From: Desulfobulbus propionicus DSM 2032
GTDB lineage: Bacteria; Desulfobacterota; Desulfobulbia; Desulfobulbales; Desulfobulbaceae
Reading direction: 5' to 3'
Assembly: GCF_000186885.1 (NCBI RefSeq)
Contig: NC_014972.1
Span: 3,780,001 to 3,812,000 of the forward strand
Length of the DNA stretch: 32,000 nt
Shown here: piece after piece, positions 27,464 through 32,000 of the stretch
Numbering within the stretch: the stretch's first letter is position 1
Layout: the number at the start of each line of letters is the position of its first letter
The notes under the pieces: model-generated
Databases searched by the model: none
Told to the model about the DNA's origin: nothing
What the model saw: only the letters and a program-made list of their open reading frames with translations
Made by a program: the position numbers and the translations under genes

Positions 27464-27493
27464 CCCCTCTGCCGGACGAATCCGGCAGAGGGG
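27464..27493 (-). other. Intercistronic stem-loop (perfect 13-bp stem, UUCG loop on the transcript strand)
   Basis: cccctctgccgga cgaa tccggcagagggg. It starts 9 nt after the rub stop on the minus strand and has no U-tract. Confidence 0.6.
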
Positions 27494-27501
27494 CGGATTG
27501 G

Positions 27502-27660
27502 TTACGCTTCTTCGAATTGATCCTTGCCCGCGCCGCAGACCGGACAGGTCCAGTCATCGGGGATATCTTCAAACGCGGTGCCGGGAGCCACGCCATTGTC
27601 AGGATCGCCGACAGCAGGATCATACTCGTAGGAACAGACAACACAGACGTATTTTTTCAT
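27502..27660 (-). CDS. rub: Rubredoxin (52 aa; absent from the ORF track because it is under 60 aa)
   Basis: Hand translation [52 protein letters not shown], with the canonical CxxC...CPxCG motifs. AAGGAGA SD upstream, TAA stop at 27504-27502. Confidence 0.93.
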   Translation of the reverse strand: MKKYVCVVCSYEYDPAVGDPDNGVAPGTAFEDIPDDWTCPVCGAGKDQFEEA

Positions 27661-27689
27661 CACTTCTCCTTTCGGTCATTAAGGGGGAA

Positions 27690-28064
27690 TCAGGCCTTCC
27701 ACAGTCCGTGGAGGTTGCAGTACTCGCGAGCGGAAACCTTATCCGCTTGAATACAGAAGGTTGCTTCAGGCGCCTCGCCGGGTTTGAGATCCTGGCGGTA
27801 GACCTTGCCGTCGGCAATCAGCTCGATGAACTCGATCCAGTGCTTTTCCTCCATGGGGTGGGGCACTGAACCAACGGTAACCTTGTAGCCCTCGGCTACC
27901 TTGGTGATGACCGGCACATGTTTTTCCTTGGCGGCATCGACGGTGTTCTCGGTCATCAGGGTCATAGGTTGGCCGCAGCAGACCAGTTCGCCGGCACCGG
28001 CATGCAGAACTTCAACAATGTTGCCGCAGAGGGCGCACTTGTACACGTCATTCTTCTTGGTCAT
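27690..28064 (-). CDS. dfx: Desulfoferrodoxin (2Fe superoxide reductase)
   Basis: 124 aa. Desulforedoxin-like N-terminus [21 protein letters not shown] and an SOR centre II domain ([29 protein letters not shown]). GAGGAG SD upstream. Confidence 0.93.
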   Translation of the reverse strand: MTKKNDVYKCALCGNIVEVLHAGAGELVCCGQPMTLMTENTVDAAKEKHVPVITKVAEGYKVTVGSVPHPMEEKHWIEFIELIADGKVYRQDLKPGEAPEATFCIQADKVSAREYCNLHGLWKA

Positions 28065-28226
28065 GTTCTGTTCTCCTCGTTGATTGAAAAAATCTGATGG
28101 GCAGAAACGCGCGTGGTTTCCGCCCCCACGCCGGGCAAAACACGCAAAAACAATAAACCATCTGATTCGGCTCCGAAAGGGCCAAATTGTCTTTTTCCCT
28201 GTTTTGTCCGGAAGATCGAGAGCCGA

Positions 28227-28820
28227 TCAACCATTGTGCTTGGCCAGATACTCGGCAACGCCGGCGGCGGTGGGGGTCATGGCCTCCTTGCCTTCCTGCC
28301 AGTTGGCCGGACAGACATCGCCGTGCTGCTCGTGAAACTGCAGGGCATCGACCATGCGCAGCGCTTCGTCGATGTTGCGGCCCAAGGGCAGATCGTTGAC
28401 CACCGCATGGCGGACAATACCGTCGCGGTCGATGAGAAAGGTACCGCGCAGGGCGATGCCGGCATCGAGCAGCACGCCGTACTGACGGGAAATGCTTTTA
28501 TCGAGATCGGACACCAGGGGATACTGGATATTGCCGATGCCGCCCTGGTTGATCGGGGTGTTTTTCCAGGCCCAGTGGGAAAACTGGGAATCGATCGACA
28601 CGCCGATGATTTCGCAGTTCTTGGCCTTGAACGCCTCCAGTGCCCGGTCAAAAGCAAGAATCTCCGAGGGGCAGACAAAGGTGAAATCCAGCGGATAGAA
28701 GAAGAGGATCACATATTTACCCCGGTAGTCGGAGAGCTTGAAATCCGGTTTCATCGAATTGTCGGGCAGAACGGCGGTGGCGGTGAAATCCGGCGCCTGT
28801 TTGGTCACTAAAAAGCTCAT
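28227..28820 (-). CDS. ahpC: Typical 2-Cys peroxiredoxin (AhpC/Prx1 type)
   Basis: FFYPLDFTFVCPSEI (peroxidatic Cys) and HGDVCPANW (resolving Cys). AGGAGG SD upstream. Confidence 0.93.
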   Translation of the reverse strand: MSFLVTKQAPDFTATAVLPDNSMKPDFKLSDYRGKYVILFFYPLDFTFVCPSEILAFDRALEAFKAKNCEIIGVSIDSQFSHWAWKNTPINQGGIGNIQYPLVSDLDKSISRQYGVLLDAGIALRGTFLIDRDGIVRHAVVNDLPLGRNIDEALRMVDALQFHEQHGDVCPANWQEGKEAMTPTAAGVAEYLAKHNG

Positions 28821-28871
28821 AACACAACCTCCTGGTTTGTGGATATTGAAGGATACGCAATGAAAGGACGG

Positions 28872-29522
28872 TCAGTCGAGCGCAGTCTTGCCCTGCTCGG
28901 TGATCGCATACTTGCAACGGGCGGGACTGCTCACGTAGCCCTTGTTTTTCAGGGCGGTGATCTGGCAGCTGACCTGCTTGCTTTCCAGGCCGGTGGCTGC
29001 GGCCAACTCCTTGCTGCCGCACGCCTCCTTGCTGTGGGCCAGGGCCTCGAGCACCTGACGTTGGGTGTCGCTGAGTGATGCGCGACCGCATGATGTGCAT
29101 GCCATGGTTCGTTCTCCTGTTCGTTGTTTCTTTTCCTGATTTTTCTGACAATTCGGACAAAGACCGAAAAATTCAATTCTGCACCCGGTGATCCGGTACC
29201 CTTTTTCCCGAATCTGGTCAAAGGGCAACGGAGCGCTGGTCGTGGGAATGTTGTCAACCCGCTGGCAGCGGGTGCAGTAGACATGGTCGTGGTCCTGGGG
29301 GTCCCAGTCAAACCGTTTCTGCCGACCGCTGATTTCCAATTTTTTGATCAATCCGGCTTCGGAGAGGATCTCCAGGTTCCGGTACACCGTTGCCAAACTG
29401 ATCCGGGGCAATTTCTTTTTAATCCGTTCGTATAACTCATCCGCGGTCAAATGCAGCTTGCACCGCTGCATCTCGTTGAGAATGATTTCACGTTGATGGG
29501 TCATCCGCAGAGTGTGATCCAT
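28872..29522 (-). CDS. PerR-like Fur-family regulator with an additional C-terminal Cys-rich winged-helix-like module
   Basis: The Fur/PerR part has HLTADELY, SLATVYRNLEIL, DHDHVYCTRC and GLCPNCQ (two CxxC). The ORF then runs on without a stop into MACTSCGRASLSDTQRQVLEALAHSKEACGSKELAAATGLESKQVSCQITALKNKGYV... The ATG at 29522 (GAGGGGGG upstream) is preferred over the TTG at 29549. Confidence 0.8.
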   Translation of the reverse strand: MDHTLRMTHQREIILNEMQRCKLHLTADELYERIKKKLPRISLATVYRNLEILSEAGLIKKLEISGRQKRFDWDPQDHDHVYCTRCQRVDNIPTTSAPLPFDQIREKGYRITGCRIEFFGLCPNCQKNQEKKQRTGERTMACTSCGRASLSDTQRQVLEALAHSKEACGSKELAAATGLESKQVSCQITALKNKGYVSSPARCKYAITEQGKTALD

Positions 29523-29548
29523 TGCCCCCCTCTTGAAAATTTTTGTCA

Positions 29549-29577
29549 AATGTATTTAATAATCATTCGCAAGTCAA
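29549..29577 (-). promoter_or_regulatory. Candidate sigma-70 promoter of the perR-like gene, with an AT-rich Fur-box-like spacer
   Basis: On the minus strand: TTGACT (29577-29572), the 17-nt spacer tgcgaatgattattaaa, then TACATT (29554-29549). This lies about 27 nt upstream of the ATG at 29522. Confidence 0.4.
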
Positions 29578-29646
29578 GGGAAAAAGAAAGATCCATTGGC
29601 GGCAGTGAGGGAAAACGGGAAAACGGAGGGGAGAGAGGGATCGCGT

Positions 29647-29680
29647 CCATCGGGTTTGCCTTCCGCGGCAAACCCGATGG
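29647..29680 (-). terminator. Stem-loop downstream of the Pal-like gene (possible terminator; lacks an adjacent U-tract)
   Basis: Perfect 14-bp stem ccatcgggtttgcc / ggcaaacccgatgg with a 6-nt loop. On the minus strand it begins 17 nt after the stop codon. Confidence 0.4.
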
Positions 29681-29696
29681 AGAGGGAAGGGGGACG

Positions 29697-30302
29697 CTAT
29701 TCGAGGATAAAGTCGTCGCGCCGGTTGTGGGCGTAATCGTCTTCGCTGCCACCGTTGAACAGCGGCCGCTCTTCTCCGTAGCTGACGGTGCGGATGCGGC
29801 TTTCCTCGATCCCGAATTCTATCAGATAGGTCTTGGCGCTCATGGCACGACGTTCACCCAAGGCCAGGTTGTATTCGTTGGTGCCCCGGTTGTCGGTGTT
29901 GCCCTCGATCAGCACCCGCGCCGAAGAATTGCTCTTCAGGTAGCCGCCGTTGTGTTCCATGCTTGGAATCTGATCGCTGCGAATGCCGGAATGGTCGTAG
30001 TCGAAGTAGATCGGGGTGAACTCGGGCGACGAACGGCCATGGGCGCGTTTGTAGGCATCGCTCTGCTGATCGGCGTCAGTGGCCAGGCTGCCGCTTCCGC
30101 CTCTGCCTGTGGAATCAAGCCCTTCCACTCCGGGGCCGGTCTCTTCGGTGATGTTGCCCATGCGATTGCCGCCCATGCTGTCATCGGAGCCGGCACCGGC
30201 GCCGCCCGCGTAAGGGGAGACCTGTTTCGGGCCACAACCGCCAGCGAGCAGAACCGTGCAAGCAAGAGCCGTGGCAAGGAAAAGACGGGAAAAGGTATGC
30301 AT
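29697..30302 (-). CDS. OmpA-family peptidoglycan-associated lipoprotein (Pal-like)
   Basis: The ATG at 30302 (GAGGT SD) gives MHTFSRLFLATALACTVLLAGGC, a signal peptide with a lipobox. A Gly/Ser-rich linker follows, then an OmpA_C domain (IYFDYDHSGIR, LIEGNTDNRGTNEYNLALGERRA). No tol genes are adjacent. Confidence 0.85.
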   Translation of the reverse strand: MHTFSRLFLATALACTVLLAGGCGPKQVSPYAGGAGAGSDDSMGGNRMGNITEETGPGVEGLDSTGRGGSGSLATDADQQSDAYKRAHGRSSPEFTPIYFDYDHSGIRSDQIPSMEHNGGYLKSNSSARVLIEGNTDNRGTNEYNLALGERRAMSAKTYLIEFGIEESRIRTVSYGEERPLFNGGSEDDYAHNRRDDFILE

Positions 30303-30520
30303 AATCAACCTCGCGAAATAAAGAAGGAACAGGGGGAAACAAGTAGTCGATGTATACCTGCAACAGGAGGATAACGTCAAGAAAAACCTAGTTTTCCCCG
30401 GTTGTCTCGCGGTGGTCTCCCGCTCGACTCGCCACGGTGGCCGCACCTTTTTCTTGCTAGCCTTTTTCATGAATGGTAGATGGAGGAAACCGTTACCCAT
30501 GTCCCGCTGAGGAGGAACAG

Positions 30521-31255
30521 ATGATCCACAAACTATTCACCGCCCTGTTGCTGCTGGCCACCCTGTGCAGCCCGGTTGCCGCGGAAACCACCATTACCTT
30601 TGCCACCGACGCCACCTGGCCGCCGATGGAATTTGTCAACGATCAGAAACAGGTGGTGGGCTATGCCATCGAATTCATGACCGCCGCCGGCAAAGAAGCG
30701 GGCTTCACGCCGGTATTCAAGAACACCGCCTGGGACGGCATATTCGCCGGCTTGGCCGCCAAGAAGTACGATGCCATTGTCAGCTCGGTGTCGATCACCG
30801 AGGAACGGAAAAAGGCGATGGACTTCAGCGAGCCCTACTTCACCGTCCGTCAAGCCCTGATCGTGGGCAAGGCATCGACCGCCAAGAGCCTGGCCGACCT
30901 CAAGGGGCAGAAGGTGGGCGGCCAGATCGGCACCACCGGTTATTTCGCCATCAAGGCCGCCGCCGGGGTGGAAGCCAAATCCTACGACGAAGTCGGCCTG
31001 GCCATGGAGGATCTGAATGTCGGCCGCATTGCCGCGGTGGTCTGCGACGATCCGGTGGCCGCCAACTACGCCATGGACAAGTACAAGGACACCCTCAAGA
31101 TCGCCGCCATTATCGAGACCGGCGAAGCCGAGCATTACGGCGTGGCCGTCAACAAGGGCAATGCCGAAACCCTGGCCCTGATCAACAAGGGCATCGCCGC
31201 GGTCAAAGCCAAGGGCCTTGACCAAGAACTGAAGAAAAAATGGATCGGTCAATGA
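30521..31255 (+). CDS. Polar amino-acid ABC transporter substrate-binding protein (SBP_bac_3)
   Basis: GAGGAGGA SD before the ATG at 30521. Signal peptide MIHKLFTALLLLATLCSPVAA, then TFATDATWPPMEF, YDAIVSSVSITEERKKAMDFSEPY and GGQIGTTG. Confidence 0.88.
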   Translation: MIHKLFTALLLLATLCSPVAAETTITFATDATWPPMEFVNDQKQVVGYAIEFMTAAGKEAGFTPVFKNTAWDGIFAGLAAKKYDAIVSSVSITEERKKAMDFSEPYFTVRQALIVGKASTAKSLADLKGQKVGGQIGTTGYFAIKAAAGVEAKSYDEVGLAMEDLNVGRIAAVVCDDPVAANYAMDKYKDTLKIAAIIETGEAEHYGVAVNKGNAETLALINKGIAAVKAKGLDQELKKKWIGQ

Positions 31256-31278
31256 CCGATCCTTACGCTTGACCATTT

Positions 31279-31306
31279 GCCGGGCCTTTGTGCCCGGCTT
31301 TTTTTA
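31279..31306 (+). terminator. Intra-operon terminator/attenuator between the binding-protein and permease genes
   Basis: 7-bp GC stem gccgggc / gcccggc with a 6-nt loop, followed by ttttttt. Confidence 0.65.
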
Positions 31307-31331
31307 TCCAACCGTGACGAATCGGCTCACC

Positions 31332-32000
31332 ATGTCTGAACCTGAAATCACCAAAATCGAAGTCGGCGACGGTGCCGCCATTCCCCGGCCGGAAGACAAG
31401 GGGTTGGTTTCCGCCTGGTGGATCGCCCTGTTTGGGGCCATAACCCTGCTTGTCCTCTTGCCGTGGATGAAGCCGGATCCTTACCTCAACATCCTCCGTT
31501 TCGTGCCCGACGGCATCCTGATCACCTTCGAGGTCACGGTGCTGTCGATCACGCTTGCCATCGTCATCGGCTTATTGACCGGCCTGGGCCGACTGTCGCG
31601 CAACCGGGTGATCAACCTGATCGCCTCGCTGTATGTCGAGGTGGTGCGCGGCATCCCGCTGCTGGTGCAGCTGTTCTACATCTACTACGCCCTGGGCCGT
31701 TTTGTCCGCGTTCCGGACATGGTGGCGGCGGTAATCGCCATGGCCTTCTGTTACGGGGCCTACATGGGCGAGGTCTTTCGCGCTGGCATTAAATCGATTG
31801 ATTTCGGGCAGACCGAGGCGGCCTTGTCGCTTGGCTTCAACCACCGCCAAACCATGGCCTACGTCATCCTTCCCCAGGCCTGGCGGACCATCCTGCCGCC
31901 GGTGGGCAACGAGTTCATCGCCCTGCTGAAGGACACATCGCTGGTCTCGATTCTGGCGGTGGCCGATATTCTGCGACGCGGGCGGGAATACGCCTCGGAG
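31332..32000 (+). CDS. Polar amino-acid ABC transporter permease (3' end outside window)
   Basis: Hand translation is open from the ATG at 31332 to the window end (223 codons). It has TM segments plus the EAA loop motif TEAALSLGFNHRQTMAYVILPQA. The start codon is uncertain because there is no clear SD. Confidence 0.85.
   Translation, partial: MSEPEITKIEVGDGAAIPRPEDKGLVSAWWIALFGAITLLVLLPWMKPDPYLNILRFVPDGILITFEVTVLSITLAIVIGLLTGLGRLSRNRVINLIASLYVEVVRGIPLLVQLFYIYYALGRFVRVPDMVAAVIAMAFCYGAYMGEVFRAGIKSIDFGQTEAALSLGFNHRQTMAYVILPQAWRTILPPVGNEFIALLKDTSLVSILAVADILRRGREYASE

Noticed and set aside
28065-28226. ATCTGAT/ATCAGAT repeats and a TGGCCC..GAGCC site with GG-N10-GC spacing in the ahpC-dfx spacer, considered as a PerR box or a sigma-54 promoter.
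   Set aside because: The repeats are short (7-9 nt), imperfect and about 55 nt apart. The -12 region lacks TTGC. The evidence is too weak to call a site.
1-32000. Window-wide scan for CRISPR arrays, long tandem or inverted repeats, IS termini, toxin-antitoxin pairs and defence-system gene clusters.
   Set aside because: None was seen. The repeats found are limited to terminator-type hairpins and one 8-mer tandem duplication, and every ORF over 100 aa with coding-like composition is accounted for by a housekeeping or stress-response family.

Overview
The window looks like core chromosome from a moderately GC-rich anaerobe. Gene content (dfx, rub, roo, rbr, sigma-54 activator, HD-GYP regulator, queH, DsrE-family proteins) suggests Desulfobacterota, but that is inference only. 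Gene order: a dsrE/F/H-like trio (5' end truncated by the window edge); a serine hydrolase (-); dnaN-gyrB-gyrA-gpsA; a rubredoxin-domain/DUF2231 membrane protein; rubrerythrin; carB; a PaaI thioesterase (-); a cobalamin riboswitch followed by cobT; a minus-strand block of sigma-54 GAF activator, queH and rdgB; two tRNA-Ser genes; about 560 bp of non-coding DNA; a REC/HD-GYP regulator; gatC-gatA-hisC-cmk; a minus-strand oxidative-stress block (Pal-like lipoprotein, PerR-like regulator, ahpC, dfx, rub, DsrE-like, flavodiiron roo); and an amino-acid ABC transporter (binding protein plus a permease truncated by the window edge). I saw no integrase, transposase, CRISPR array, phage genes or recognisable defence system, so most of the window is ordinary housekeeping. 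The most unusual items are: (1) a PerR-type Fur-family regulator whose ORF continues into an extra Cys-rich winged-helix-like module that has its own in-frame SD and ATG; (2) a DsrE-like CxxC protein inserted in the classic dfx-rub-roo operon; (3) a rubredoxin-DUF2231 membrane fusion beside rubrerythrin; (4) the long non-coding region after the tRNA-Ser pair, which holds a 46-codon ORF with a near-perfect SD and a sigma-54-like promoter; (5) a 340-nt spacer with a 50-codon ORF between the B12 riboswitch and cobT; (6) a half-length DsrH-like protein. A 52-aa rubredoxin gene lies below the ORF-track length cutoff and was found by reading the sequence directly. All homology calls rest on remembered family motifs. 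No database search was run.
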